This document shows positions 1-13,440 of a stretch of DNA of 64,000 nt, piece after piece. Source of the stretch: Octopus vulgaris (Eukaryota); assembly GCA_951406725.2 (NCBI GenBank), contig OX597819.1, positions 19,902,001 to 19,966,000 on the forward strand, read 5' to 3'. The first letter of the stretch is position 1; the number at the start of each line of letters is the position of its first letter. Below the pieces are notes generated by a model that was given only the letters and a program-made list of their open reading frames with translations, did not search any database and was not told where the DNA came from. The translations under genes were made by a program, and so were the position numbers.

Positions 1-601
1 TTTTAAACTGATCCTTTAAAGTCAACTCCGGTACCGCATTTTATACGAACATTTAGATTTTGGTCGGCAATTAATTCAAGAACAACACAAAAAATCTAAA
101 GTTTCCAAAGGAAATTATATAAGTTCTAAACACTGGGTACTTATTTCAAATATTTTTCTCTCTCTTACATAACTAAAATCTCTTTTAAACACTGACATAT
201 GTCACTCGTATAAACACGACACATCTACGCTGGAAGCATGAAATGATAATTCGACATTACGAAGAAGGAAAATAGAAGCAAAGCATTCCAACATTTATAG
301 AAACTAGTTCATGTTAACCGAGATTCAAATTAACACAACGTAGAAAATGACGGTGTAACCCTGAAAACATATACCTTCAAATGCATATAGGCGTATGCAT
401 GATAGATCGCTAGCCACTACACATTCTTTATTTTTCTCTCTCCTCGTTTCTTCCTGTGTGTGTTTTGGATTTGGATTTTTCAAGAAAACTCTTGATCATT
501 TTCTTTCCTAAATCCCAGTTGAAACAATTATGACTATATCACGGCAAGAAGCTCAAGTGAGTGCAATAATATCAAACCCCATCATTCATTTACAGCCAAC
601 C

Positions 602-1020
602 TATTTCTTTACTACTCACAGGGGGCTAAAGACAGAGAGAACAAAAAAGGATAGACAAACGGATTAAGTCAATTATATCGACCCGAGTAAAGGATGAAAG
701 ATAAATTCGACCTCGGCGGAATCTGAACTCAGAACGTAGCGGCAGACGAAATATTTCTTTATTACCTACAAGGGGCTAAACATAGAGGGGACAAACATGG
801 ACAGACATAGGTATTAAGTCGATTATATCGACCCCAGTGCGTAACTGGTACTTAATTTATCGACCCCGAAAGGATGAAAGGCAAAGTCGACCTCGGCGGA
901 ATTTGAACTCACAACCTAACTCTGCCAGCTCGGCGGAATTTGAACTCACAACGTAACGCAGACGAAATACGGCTACGCATTTCGCCCGGCGTGCAAACGA
1001 TTCTGCCAGCTCGCCGCCCT
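602..1020 (-). mobile_element. tRNA-derived SINE family A, head plus an extra tandem body, flanked by an 18-bp TSD
   Basis: The minus strand starts GGCGGCGAGCTGGCAGAATCG and has a B-box GAGTTCAAATTCC. The body is repeated (602-750 and 751-1020). The direct repeat ATTCATTTACAGCCAACC lies at 584-601 and 1021-1038. Confidence 0.9.
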
Positions 1021-1706
1021 ATTCATTTACAGCCAACCATACAAGAAAGCCATTAGCAATGTGACAAAAAATCGTAGTGTTCCAGCATGGCCACGAACCT
1101 TAGCTTCGAACATATAACGGAAATCTAATAATATGATTTGTTAATCAATTAATCACAATTATTACTTCTTAAATAATATTATATGGGGGGGGGGGGGCAC
1201 CAACAACGTAGGTAGATTAAAGTTCCTCCTACATCCTTCCAAAAACATTTCGCAATTACCATTTCCATGAGATAATAATTTCAAATTATTCTACCGCTGT
1301 GCTGTCCGTTTATTAATTAATTATCTTTTTCACTTGTTAAAAGTTATTTACATCTTTCAGACTATTATGCAGAAAACCATTTCTAAATTTATCTTTGTCT
1401 AAACTAGAGCCAAGTTTGTAAGAAACGATATTACAATTTTACAACTTCATATATTACTATAGAAGACAAAATTATGTCTAAATTTGAAGTCATTGGTGTT
1501 AAAAGAGCGATGAATATATATGGATTTCAGAAAGTATAATTAGTATAAGCGTAAACGTAGTTAAATTTAATGACGCATAGTTCGTTAAATTAAAGAAATT
1601 CATCCCCAAACCTACAAGTTAGCTTAAACCATTACGTAAATTTTTAAACGCTTCTAATGACATAAATGTCATCCATTATTTAATCGGCGTGTGTGTTCGT
1701 GCGTGT

Positions 1707-1776
<70 letters not shown>

Positions 1777-1780
1777 ATAC

Positions 1781-2001
1781 CTCTTTACTGCCCGCAAGGG
1801 GCTAAACATAGAGGGGGAAAACAAGGACAGACAAAGGGACGAAGTCGATTACATCGACCCCAGTGCGAAATAATACTTCATTTTTCCAGGGTCGATAAAT
1901 AAAATACCAGTTTCTCACTTGGGTCAATGTAATCGACTTAATCCCTTTGTCTGTCCTTGTTTGTCCCCTCTATGTTTAGCCCCTTTTTGGGCAGTAAAGA
2001 A

Positions 2002-2003
<2 letters not shown>
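1781..2003. mobile_element. two headless SINE-A bodies in inverted orientation inside (TA)n
   Basis: 1781-1868 (-) and about 1885-2003 (+) are near reverse complements (CTTTACTGCCC...GGGCAGTAAAG). Confidence 0.85.
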
Positions 2004-2032
<29 letters not shown>

Positions 2033-3504
2033 TAATCCAAACAAGAAAGCACAAAAAAAGACAACAACGCGAGGGCGTGGAACAAATATAGTATTATTGG
2101 ACGACACTCACACACACACACATTATATATACACATACATAGACACATCCACACACATATGTGTGTGCGTTGACGTATGTATATTTATCTATCTAGCAAT
2201 CTATCTATCTATATAATACAATTCTATCGTCCTTGTATTGTTTTATGACTTCCATTAAATCTACTGAAAACATATTAAGTAAGTGCATTCTTTAAGGGTT
2301 ATATTAATCCCCACCTATCTTTATGATTTTTAAATTTCAAATTCTGGAAGTGCATAGAAATGTTAAATTTTAGGTATATAAATGGGTCAGACCCATTTTC
2401 ATTGTTTCTCGTTTCCAATTAGAATATATTTTGCGTCAATGCCCTACAACCCTTACATGCACGAATATCGTCTCGTTATTTTACTAATGAGCACAGTATA
2501 AAGTGTAAACATAGCCAAATATATGCGTGACGTATGTTTCTTTGTTTATTTATTTATTTTATATAGTTTGTTTTGTTTCGTCTGGGTTCGATTGATTACT
2601 ATACACCCAATATTGCACTAAATTAAATAACACGTGTCCAAATTAATCGAACAGATTTGTAAAATGTTCTACAATATACGTTGTGATAGATAAGAGTTGA
2701 AATTACGAGAACACAAAAAGAAGAATTTTTTCCCACAATTTTGCTGAGATATTGAAGTACGGAATGATATTTTTGATTGACTCTTGTTTCAAGAGAATCA
2801 CTTTAGGTTAATAGGTTTTTCCGATCGGTTTTACCCTATCTGATAGTCTGCCAGTCTTCGGGAAAATTTCGAAGCCGTATCTTAATTCGTTTATCGCTTA
2901 GTGCCATTTTTCCAGCATGACGGATATAAAGTTGTGCTTCTGAACTACCTCCTTATTATATCGAGATCTTACGAAGTTTGCTACGTAGATTATCGTTTAG
3001 AGCAACCCAAAATTGAGTATTTACGTCCTCTCTAGCAAAACAAAAATAGAAATGACCTGTAATATCAGATGATATCACATATTCCACATAGAAACAGAGA
3101 AAAGAAAGGTAAAGAAGAGCGGGAGAGAGACTCAGAGAGAGAGGGGGGAGAAGAGAGAGATGGAAAAAGAATGGGTGGAAGCACGAGAGGATAGTATGTG
3201 AGAGGAAGGGTAAAATGATAATCTCCGTGAAAATACTAAAACAGCTACAGTTTTCGATGACATTGCCTATCGCGAAATCATGGAGTCCCTGAAATCCACA
3301 ATTGGGAAGCTTATGTACATACATAGATGCACACAAACATACGCAGACACACAGACATACAACGAAAATGAAAATAAATGAATCACCAAGCATGATTTTG
3401 CAGTAAGGACAAAATTGAATTCTGATGACCTCAGACTTCCTTCAAAATATGTGGACGGTATCACTCGTCAACAATTGGATAAATCTGATTTAACTGGCAA
3501 TTGA

Positions 3505-3820
3505 GCTTTATATATGCTGCAATAGCTTGGGCGGGTTTCAAGAGCCCACAGCTGTTTAACTGTCTGCCGAAGCATCTGAGGAGACTCCATGGAGTGGATG
3601 TAAACGTTTTCCAATGTGAACTTGACCTCTGGCTTACCGAGATCGTGGATGAGCCAAGAAACTCAAAAGAGGGCAGTAGCATCGAACTCCATCCTTCACC
3701 AAAAGTTGCTCCGACAAAGGTGGAAAGTGGAAAGATGATCACAATGGCAGTGCTTCAGCATGGTCACAGTCATTGGACTGAAACATATAAAAGAATAATA
3801 GAATAAAAGAATAAAAAGAA
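3505..3820 (+). mobile_element. 3' end of a CR1-group LINE with a 3' tail shared with SINEs
   Basis: Translation GFKSPQLFNCLPKHLRRLHGVDVNVFQCELDLWL..DEP resembles the CR1/L2 ORF2 C-terminus (FN.LP...FK..LD). It is followed by CAGCATGGTCACAGTCATTGGACTGAAAC and an A-rich tail. Confidence 0.7.
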
Positions 3821-3945
3821 TGCCAACATGAATGAGGTACTGAAAGAGTCGTGACCACGAAGAGTCGATTTGTTTGTAAAAGAGTCGGCAAAAATGCATT
3901 GACCGAAATTGCTTTAAAATTAGAAATGGGCAAATGAAATGGTAT

Positions 3946-3985
3946 AGGCGCAGGAGTGGCTGTGTGGTAAGTAGCTTCTTACCAG
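3946..3985 (+). mobile_element. truncated head of SINE family C
   Basis: GGCGCAGGAGTGGCTGTGTGGTAAGTAGCTT contains an A-box and matches the head of the 23079-23240 copy. Confidence 0.7.
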
Positions 3986-4354
3986 ACAGACGTGTTGTTT
4001 TTTGCTCCTGCAAATGTCACGTGTTTGAACGTGAAATGTTGAACTTTTGACTCGGTGACAGGTAAGACGTTCTGTATTTTTAGAAGCATAGTGAAGTTTA
4101 TTGCTTGCTTAATGTTATTTAGCAGTTAACGTTATCTAGCATTAATATTTTTTTGCGGGTAATAGACTTCACTTTACTTCAGATATATTTCTCTGCCTGT
4201 TGTCGTGTCTAAGGTCTCACTCTTTAGTGAGAATTGTGCTTTTTGAGGAGGCGTAGCCCCTCCGCAAAAATTAATTTGTTTGCTTGTGTTTTACTACTTC
4301 GCAAGAAAATTATAAAAATAAGCCACTATTGGATTACCTTTCGGACCCATTTTT

Positions 4355-5592
4355 GTGGAGGTTGTGTTGCAGTTGCGGGAGTGGGAAATCATACCACTCA
4401 AAAAGTGGTTAAAAGACCGTGAAGATAGGACGGTGGTGTTGAGAACCTACTCCAAGGCACTTGACACCATCGCCCTATTCGAAAAGACGGCAATTGAGGA
4501 GGAGTTGGAAGAGTATTTGCCAACAATTAAATTCATTTCAGGGTGTCAAATATGCAACGGTGTGGTTGCTATTTGACACCCCTGAAGAGGCTTGCATATT
4601 TGCTAGCAAACCCTTGGAGGGTAAGGAAATCTTATTCCTGCCCACGTACAAAAAAAAGAAATTGATGAAAGCTTGGATCTGCGGACTGCCACCCGACATA
4701 GAACCCGAGTGGATAGAGGAGACTATCCGCCGGGGTCTGGGTGACAGCGAAACTAAGCTCCTCAATGTAAAAGTTCTTCCTGCGGCTGCTTGGGTTGGGT
4801 CGAAAGCAATTTTGACTCTGTGGACACAATCAGCCAATCTGGTTCTTCCAGATTTTTTGAAAATGGCCGGGTGCAGGTACCCGGTGATGCTTGAGGGTCG
4901 CCCCCCTAAGTGTCATCGGTGCTTGGAGTCCGGCCACATAAAGAAGAACTGTCCTCGGGAACAAAATAGGATCCCGGAACAGTTAAGTAAAACCCCTCTA
5001 GAAGAGGGAACGATAACGGCCGAGAAAGCAGAGGACTCCTCAAACAGAGGCCGAAAGAGGAAGGTGAGCAACAATGGGTGCTCACCAAAGGATAATAGGG
5101 ATGAGGAGAGGAAGGCGAATCTTCCAGCCACGGAGGAGACGCACCCTCCCTCAGTTGAAAAGGGAAAAAAAAGAAAAAGAGGAAGAAAACGGGACATTAC
5201 CGGCTGTCAGTGTAGCACCGGAATGTCGCGGAACTACGTCGGTTGGGGTTGTGCCACCGACAAGAGAAGGAATACCGTTGGCGGAAACTGTGCCGCCAAC
5301 GAAAGAACTAAATGTGTTGGTCCTCTTCTATAGAGGAGGAGAAATTGAAAAAGTGATGGAAGAGCACTACAAGGGAGCACCTTTAGCCTTCACACAGGAC
5401 CCCGAATGGCCTCCGCAGGTAGCTGTGGAGGCCGTGGCGTTCGACGTGACGCTAGGGCTAAAGGAGCTCAACGAAGATTATAACTTGATCCCGGGCGACG
5501 CGAACTCGGAACTTGACTACGTTCTGAGGGAGGCGTGGTTGATGGTGGAGGGCGCGGGCACAAGCTATTTCGAGGACGATATGTATTATTAG
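4355..5592 (+). pseudogene. frameshifted gag/ORF1-like CCHC zinc-knuckle protein of a non-LTR retroelement (L1/Tx1-like)
   Basis: The CX2CX4HX4C knuckle CHRCLESGHIKKNC follows YPVMLEGRPPK and precedes a basic low-complexity region. Three overlapping ORFs join through frameshifts near 4540 and near the A-run at about 5165. The region is GC-richer than its flanks. Confidence 0.75.
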
Positions 5593-5716
5593 TAATGGAC
5601 TTAAGTCCAAAAATTGAAAAATTGTAAGAGGATTAATACCTCGTTTTGTATTAATAATGGACTGCTAAGCCCAAAAATTGGGAAAAATTGTAAGAGGTTT
5701 TATACCTCGTTTTGTG
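5590..5716 (+). repeat. about 64-bp tandem duplication in the element's 3' UTR
   Basis: TAATGGACT..AAG.CCAAAAATTG..AAAATTGTAAGAGG.TT.ATACCTCGTTTTGT occurs twice. Confidence 0.85.
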
Positions 5717-5871
5717 TTTATCTTTTTAAAAAGAACAATGTTTTAGAGAAGCAAAAGTCGGCGGGCGCTTTCTGTCTTCTCCCATCCTTATCATCTTTCT
5801 TTCATTATCATTCACTTCATTAATGTCCTCGTCCAGCCCGCAAAGCTAACTTCATCTGTGTACTGCCTTTA

Positions 5872-6281
5872 TGGCAAATGTTGTGAAATAAAGTAGCTTC
5901 CTTACAAACCACATAGTTTCGGATTTAGTCCCACTGCGTGGCACCTTGGGCGAGTGTTTTCTACTATAGCCTCGTGTCGACCAAACACTTGTGAGTGAAT
6001 TTGTTAGACGGAAACTGAAAAGAAGCCTGTCGTCTATATGTATAAATATGTGTGTGTTTGTGTGTCTGTGTTTGCCCCCCCCCCCCCAGCAAAAAAGACA
6101 TTGCTTGACAACTGATGCTGGTGTGTTTACGTCCCTGTAACTTAGCGGCTCGGCGAAAGACACTGATAGGATAAATATTAGGCTGCCAAAGAATAAGTGC
6201 TAGGGTCGATTTGCTCGACTAAAGGCGGTGCTCCAGCATAGTCGCAGTCAAATGACTGAAACAAGTAAAGGAGTAAAAGAG
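5872..6281 (+). mobile_element. SINE family C (tRNA head, CORE-like CCTTGGGC motif, LINE-shared tail)
   Basis: Degenerate A/B boxes, then GGCACCTTGGGCGAGTG, ending CCAGCATAGTCGCAGTCAAATGACTGAAACAAGTAAAGGAGTAAAAGA. Confidence 0.85.
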
Positions 6282-6427
6282 ACTATGTATGTATGTATAA
6301 GTATGTATATATGACTATACATATATATATATATATATATATACATACAAATATATATATATTTTGTTTTTGTTTTGTTTTTCCAGTTTCAGCTCTTGAG
6401 CTGTGGCCATGCTGGGGCACCGCCATT

Positions 6428-6690
<263 letters not shown>

Positions 6691-8869
6691 TATACATGTA
6701 TATATATATATACATGTGTGTGTGTGTAGTATTTATAGCCCGTACGTATACATACATACATCTAAATACATCTTCATAGGAACGCAAGTTTGGACGGGCC
6801 GCTTACATAAACACCTAATTTACACGCACACGCAGGTGCGCTTGTCTCTTGTGAGCATAAATCATCAGTCTTGACGTTCTACCAAGTTTGAAACCATCTA
6901 TAAATATTTCATAGACAGAAAAATTTACAAGTGGAAACGAAGCAGAAGTTGAGCTTTGGTTGATTCTGGAAGCAGTTATAAGTTCTTAAATAGTGCTGTT
7001 ATTTTTCGATAGCCTTTCCTTTCATTTGGAAACGTGTTGAATGGACGTATATAAATTTAGAGTATTTAAAATAAATTATTGGACATTATTAGTAAAACCT
7101 GATCGGTGTATATTGATGAGATTTCGAATGAACACGCAAACTTGGTCTGTATAGTTGTGGCTAGCTTACAACAATTGGGCCAGTCTTATGAATTTTTTAA
7201 CATCATTGGAGCGCCGTACTAGGTATAAATAAACAGAATATTTAACTTAGGTTCTGAAACGGTGAAATCAATAATAATTTTAAGAATACTCTGTTGAGTC
7301 CTTGTCACTTACACACACACACACATATGCATAGTGTGCATGTATGTATGTATGCATGTATGTATGTACGTATGTAAGTATGCATGTATGTATGTTTGTA
7401 TGTAGGCATGCATGTGTTTGTGTGTGTGTGTATGTATGCACGTAGTTACCATTTCATAAATACAATTTCAGACAGATGCAGGAATTGATTGCTAGATATT
7501 TGATGCCTGCTAAAAGGTTTCAAATTTCAAAGTGAAATATGAGTAATTGAGGAAGTAAGTGATGGTTTCAATTCCATATCAATCAAGGAGTATATTTGCT
7601 TTCTGCTTCACACAGCCACAGTGAATTCTCCAATATATTTTTCACATAAAAAACCCCCACCTATTTTCTTAAAAAAAGAAAATTCTTCATATCTTCATTC
7701 CCACACTGTTCTTAATATTGGATATATCATTTGCATTTGTTAGGCCCTTTTTTATATAAACTAAAAGGGAGATGAACTTATCAAAATAGTAGGATCGTGT
7801 CGATTCTGTTTAGAATAAATTGCATAAGCTTTTTCGGTAAAATAGGAATTGTAAAGGCATAACATAGGAACGCTACATTTCATCGAGCGTCATAAAGTCT
7901 TAAATTAATTTATGCGAATCGAAGATCATACATACATATTTTCACACACACAGGCAAACACACACACATACACATAAAGACATACACACAAACACACACA
8001 CAGACACACACATAAAGACTTGAAAAATGGAAAACTGAGTAGCGTCGGCGGAGTGTATCTTCAAATACATTTGCTGTATGGAAGCCTTCCACCCAACTCT
8101 AGGTCTGTACCACCATTACCATTTGACGCAGACTAGTCCACACGTAGATTAGTGGTCTTCCGAGGACAACGCATGTGCGTTTCTATCTATCTATCTATCT
8201 ATTTACCTATCTATATAATTATACATACAGACATATATATATATATGTGTGTGTGTGTGTGTATGTATATATATATATATAATGAATTATAGTAGCTTTG
8301 AGTTTGTTGTTAATAGTGTAGTGTCTGACATGAGTTTATTTGGCAGTTATTTCTAGCAGAGATGGCTGCTTGATGTGTTGTATTTCGGCTGCACATAAGT
8401 GTATATTTTTCTGTGCATATCTAGTTATGCCAGTGTGTGGTATCGAATATTCATCTATATTCCGAAATCTCCATTTGTGTCTTATTAATATATCTCACAT
8501 ATATTCAATTTAGTCTCTCATTTTATATATTTAGTTTGCACATTCCGATGGGAACCGTAAATTCATAATCGTAATTATCGCTGCAAGGAATAGGATTTCC
8601 TTTTTTCCAAAATAATGTTTGACGTTGTTGCAGGTGTAACATTAGATATCATGTTAATATCCCTAGTTTATAAAACCAAATGAAGAAAACCACATCTATC
8701 AGGTTTTTATTCATTATCAACGGACTATAATTTCACGGCTAGTTTTAGGAGTTCGAAAATTAGTTTGGTCGTACCGTATGACATTAAATGATTACATATA
8801 GAACCAACATAAACTAGTTGTCAACGTGATTAAATAGCTGTCTTAGTCTAACCTAAACGTTGCTGTCAA

Positions 8870-9092
8870 GAGTTATGTGCATGCATCTATTGTAGAGCTG
8901 AAAACGAGGTAATTTCTACTCTTCTCCCCTGGAAGCCATCTGCTCGCGATACCAGAGGGCGCACACTCTCCTACCCTGATGTAATCTCCAGGGATACAGG
9001 CATCCAGCAACAGGACCTCCGTAATGCTATGATGGACCGCGAAACATAGTAAATTCCATGGTCTCGACCACGGTCGAACAAATAATAAATGA
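8870..9092 (+). mobile_element. 3' end of an RTE-clade LINE
   Basis: Translation WKPSARDTRGRTLSYPDVISRDTGIQQQDLRNAMMDR resembles the RTE ORF2 C-terminus (GR...Y.D....D...A.DR). Confidence 0.7.
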
Positions 9093-9383
9093 TTGCATAG
9101 CTATTTGCATGTAGCTATATTCGAAACTGAACTTCCCATTCCAGCAATACACATTCCTATTTTTTGCTACCAATAAAACACAAGTTCATAGATTCTATCT
9201 CTGCTTCAATTATTGGTGATTTACAATTCAAATATGCTTCCTGAAAACGAGCGCTTATATATTACGCTTTTAAGCCCTTATCGGTTTTTAGTACTCCTTC
9301 ACCACCCTTTCTCTCACTCTTTCTTATGTTGGCCTGCTCGCTTAACCAGGGGGATGGCGTCATTCGAAGGCTAAAACAATGCG

Positions 9384-9438
<55 letters not shown>

Positions 9439-11371
9439 CGTGGCAAAATGGGAGTAAGATAAATAATAATATTAAGATTATAAACCTGGAAATGTACAGG
9501 ACAAGTTTTTACACTTTGTAAAGTTCAGAACAGGTTATTACATCTGGTAAGCTTTTGCTAAAAATATTGCAGCTAAGGATAAAATTTCCAATAAAATATT
9601 TAGATTTAGAAAATATTGGTTTTTATTAAAACTAAAAAAATGATTACAAGTTATTACTTCTCTTTGTCATTACTTGTTATTTCCATTAAAAATTTAAAAA
9701 TATAACTCGCTTAAAATGTTTTTTGCACTTTAAAGAAATTAATTTTTTTACAATATTAATTAATAATTACAAATTTGGAAATCGGTTACAAAAAATAATA
9801 GTAGTACATAATCAGTTTGTACAATAAATGATATAATACAAAAATAAGTTACGTATTACAGTAAAATCTACCTTAAAAAACAAATTCAGAGTAAAATATG
9901 CTTCCGGTATAGTCTATGTTGTTGCCAGGTATTTACATTTTTAGTCTTGACCCAATGCCTATTTTTCACATAAGGTTTTTGCCTACCTAATATTCTGCTT
10001 TGTATAAAACTTTAACTATATTGGTACTTCTGGATCACGTTTTTTTAATGTATTCGAGTGTGTCAATATTCTAACTAACTGTTTGTACCTTTTTTTTTTA
10101 AATTACAAGGTTATTTAGTGAATTAAAATCAAAGTCTTTTTAATATTGAAATTTTATTCATGGCTGCAATATTTTAAGTAAAAATGTTCTTGTTCTGTAC
10201 TTTACCAGATAAAAGAAATTGTCCTCGCATCTTTACATGTAAGTCATGATTTTCTTGGCTATGTTATTATGCTTATTAATAATGTGTCAACTATGTCAAT
10301 TAGCGGTGTTCTTGATAATTTGTTCCTTACCTCAATGGTGCCGGTTACATATATTAAAAGTCCCCTTGGAGAACTATATTCATAAAAAAGAAGTCATAAC
10401 TTTTTCTTTTAAAACTTCATTGCATGAGTTTGATACTACGAAATTCCCCAATTGAGCTATATGATTAATATTTAATTAAAATATAGTTTGTATTTAAAAT
10501 AAAAAAGTTAATTATACTTAAATCCAATTATTTGCCTTACTTATATATTCATATATACAGCTTTTTCTTACAAAATGTTGTTGCATGGGACCTAAAGTAG
10601 GAAATCCTTCATGATTTTTTTCTATCATTGAAGCTAAGATAAATATATTTTGCTTTTAAAATAAAAAAAAAAGTTATTCAAATCTAAACTTGATTGAAGG
10701 TGTTACTTACTCTCCTATAACGTCGCTACACATTTTGATGTAAACTTCTTGTCCTGAACGAAATCTCAATTTCCTTATAGCAAAATAGAGCTAGGGACCA
10801 GTCCTCTTCAAAAATGTTAACGGTTTTCAATTTGGTTAAGAACTGAATTAGAAACAAGCACTGAGATATGCTGAACGTGAATAAATTGCGGCCTTAAGAA
10901 TATTATTCAACTAAAACCGTAGTCGAATCAACACACACACACGTACATATATATATATACACAAAGTATGGAGATTTAGTTCTCAGGCGATCTAAACGAT
11001 AAGTTACGCTAGGTAAGAGCTGTAACGGATTACTAGGTTTCGAAGGTTATAGACAAGACGGTAGTTAAGGAGACATTCAGTTATTGAACGTTGATATGTT
11101 CGCATCTTTTCTCTCGAGATGTTTACTATATCAGGATTTTAACCCACATGGATCTACGAAGGATTGAACCTAAGGACCTACGCTCATGATCTACGCAGAC
11201 TTGCACCTAAGGTGTCATGCTCTTCTCTCTATAACTTCGGAAATTTGAATTATGAAATTTTATGCTTCTTTATTCTTCTATCTCTCCATCTCCTTATTCT
11301 TGTAATCCCTTCCTCTATGTCGTCAACTCATTAATATATACCATTCTCATTTTCCTTATTTTTTCCTATTT

Positions 11372-11428
11372 GCTTCTGATGATGGAACGTTCCATACTCG
11401 AGGATATCCCAGAAACAGGTGTAAGACT
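11372..11428 (+). ncRNA. degenerate minimal hammerhead ribozyme motif (PLE pLTR type)
   Basis: CTGATGA-T-GGA...TCC-CA-GAAAC-AGGT-GTA-AGAC. Stem I pairing is weak. Confidence 0.45.
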
Positions 11429-11544
11429 TTGAATTTCTTTTCAATAATAATAGTGTATACGATGCTTGCCTTGCCTCAATTCCTCTTGTCCTCTTTAACA
11501 ATTATCTATCTATCTATGTATCTATCTTACTATCTTACTTCATA

Positions 11545-11756
11545 TTGACATTTCTGTGATAACGATCCCTATTGATCAATTTTTTTCCCTTTTTTTCTTC
11601 ACCTCCCCTTTTTTTATCCCCCTTTTTTGTCCTCTTTCTTTCCATTTCCGATCCCTTTTGATCGAAAACCAAACCCCCTTTTACTCGCAAAAGAAAAGCT
11701 CTACCTTGTAATTTTGTCCTGTATGTGTGCAGCTCTGTGTTGCTAATAAAGAAACA

Positions 11757-11760
<4 letters not shown>
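11545..11760 (+). mobile_element. probable LINE 3' UTR end
   Basis: Pyrimidine-rich tract and an AATAAA signal immediately followed by a (TATC)n/(TA)n tail. Clade not assigned. Confidence 0.35.
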
Positions 11761-11815
<55 letters not shown>

Positions 11816-11821
11816 ATATCT

Positions 11822-11877
<56 letters not shown>

Positions 11878-12312
11878 TACATACATACATAAATATATAC
11901 ATACCGCTAACATCCACGTATAGGCACACGCATGCAATCACATATACATAATTAACCACTAGTACATGTACTATCCATGGTAAACCATAACATGTATGAC
12001 ATTGTATCTATAAAGTATTCGCCGCGTTGCACATTTCCAGTTAGCAAAACTATACTCATTTCCTCTTTGATTTTATAGAACATTTTTTTTTATATTTCGA
12101 TAAAGAAATTTGTGATTGCAATTCTATTTACCAAAGCTATAAATTAATTAGAAACTGATATATTAGAGGAATTAACGCTTTTAACGAAACTCTACGTGCA
12201 TTTTTGTTCAATCAATATTTGGCAAAACGCCTTCTTAGAATACTATCTCTTTAACGCCAGGTCATACTCTACAACTTCCGATAAAATTATATGGCTGTAA
12301 AAATGGAAAGTA

Positions 12313-12378
<66 letters not shown>

Positions 12379-12889
12379 GAATATTTTACATATGAAATTG
12401 TAAATATAATAATGATTAATATTTTATTCAATATGAATAAAGTTGTGTTGCCATTATTATTATTAGTAGTAGTAGCATCACCATCATCATTATTATTGTT
12501 ATTACTATAGTCATTTTCTTAATTAATTACAGAAATATAACACTTTTCTTCGTTGCAATTCTTTCTAACTCTCACCTTGTAATACATCCGATATTGTTTA
12601 CTATATTGCTTCCACATTCACACATTTGAACGAAATTCCCACATACATATACAAATGGCATCAGATGTGTGTGCTTTTATATCTATATATGTTTGTACAT
12701 AGTTATGTATACGCATGCATGTATATGCATATGTATATATATTAATGTATATGTATATATGTAGATATATATATGTGTGTGTTCCATAGAAATGTGCAAA
12801 CATCGACAAATCTATATACATATTGTTATGCTTATTATTAGCAATTTTTCATTTATTAACCTAAAACGTTTCTGTTACCCTATGTCTTT

Positions 12890-12956
<67 letters not shown>

Positions 12957-13089
12957 GAGTGATTATGATAAAAAGAAGACTCGAAGGTGTCAGGTAACGC
13001 TGAGTAAGTGCTATGGATATGGACAGACTATAGTTAAGCTCCAGATCTGGTGATTATGTGAATGAGGAGTCCAACGTTGGTCATATAAT

Positions 13090-13440
13090 AGCGTGCATAT
13101 ACATAAAAAAAATAAGCAGTATGAGATAAAAATCCAACGCTGTGAAAGATTTCAGTACATTTATACACACAAGACACGGGAAATTTGTGTTCCATTCTGC
13201 TTCAATAATGGGACTGCATATACAAAATCTCTGCATATCTCACGTCTGTTTTCATTCTTTCACTTCACTCTCTATTTCATATCTTCTCTCGAATAACTAT
13301 TGCTTAACCTTTTTTCTTGTACCGTCTCCTATGAAGTGAAATATAAAATATCCCGGAAACAGCTGTAAGACCTCTTTATAAATGTTCTGAAATCTTTCAC
13401 AGCCTTGGAATTTTATATATGTATATACAGGTATTCTGCA
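13090..13440. mobile_element. inverted pLTR-like fragments with a decayed hammerhead
   Basis: 13130-13164 and 13377-13411 are inverted repeats (CCAA.GCTGTGAAAGATTTCAG.ACATTTATA). GTCT...GAAAC-AGCT-GTA-AGAC lies at 13324-13372 with a damaged CUGANGA core. Confidence 0.6.

Noticed and set aside
9435-10930. AT-rich block, possibly a decayed PLE
   Set aside because: I could not recover convincing motifs, so it is left unannotated.
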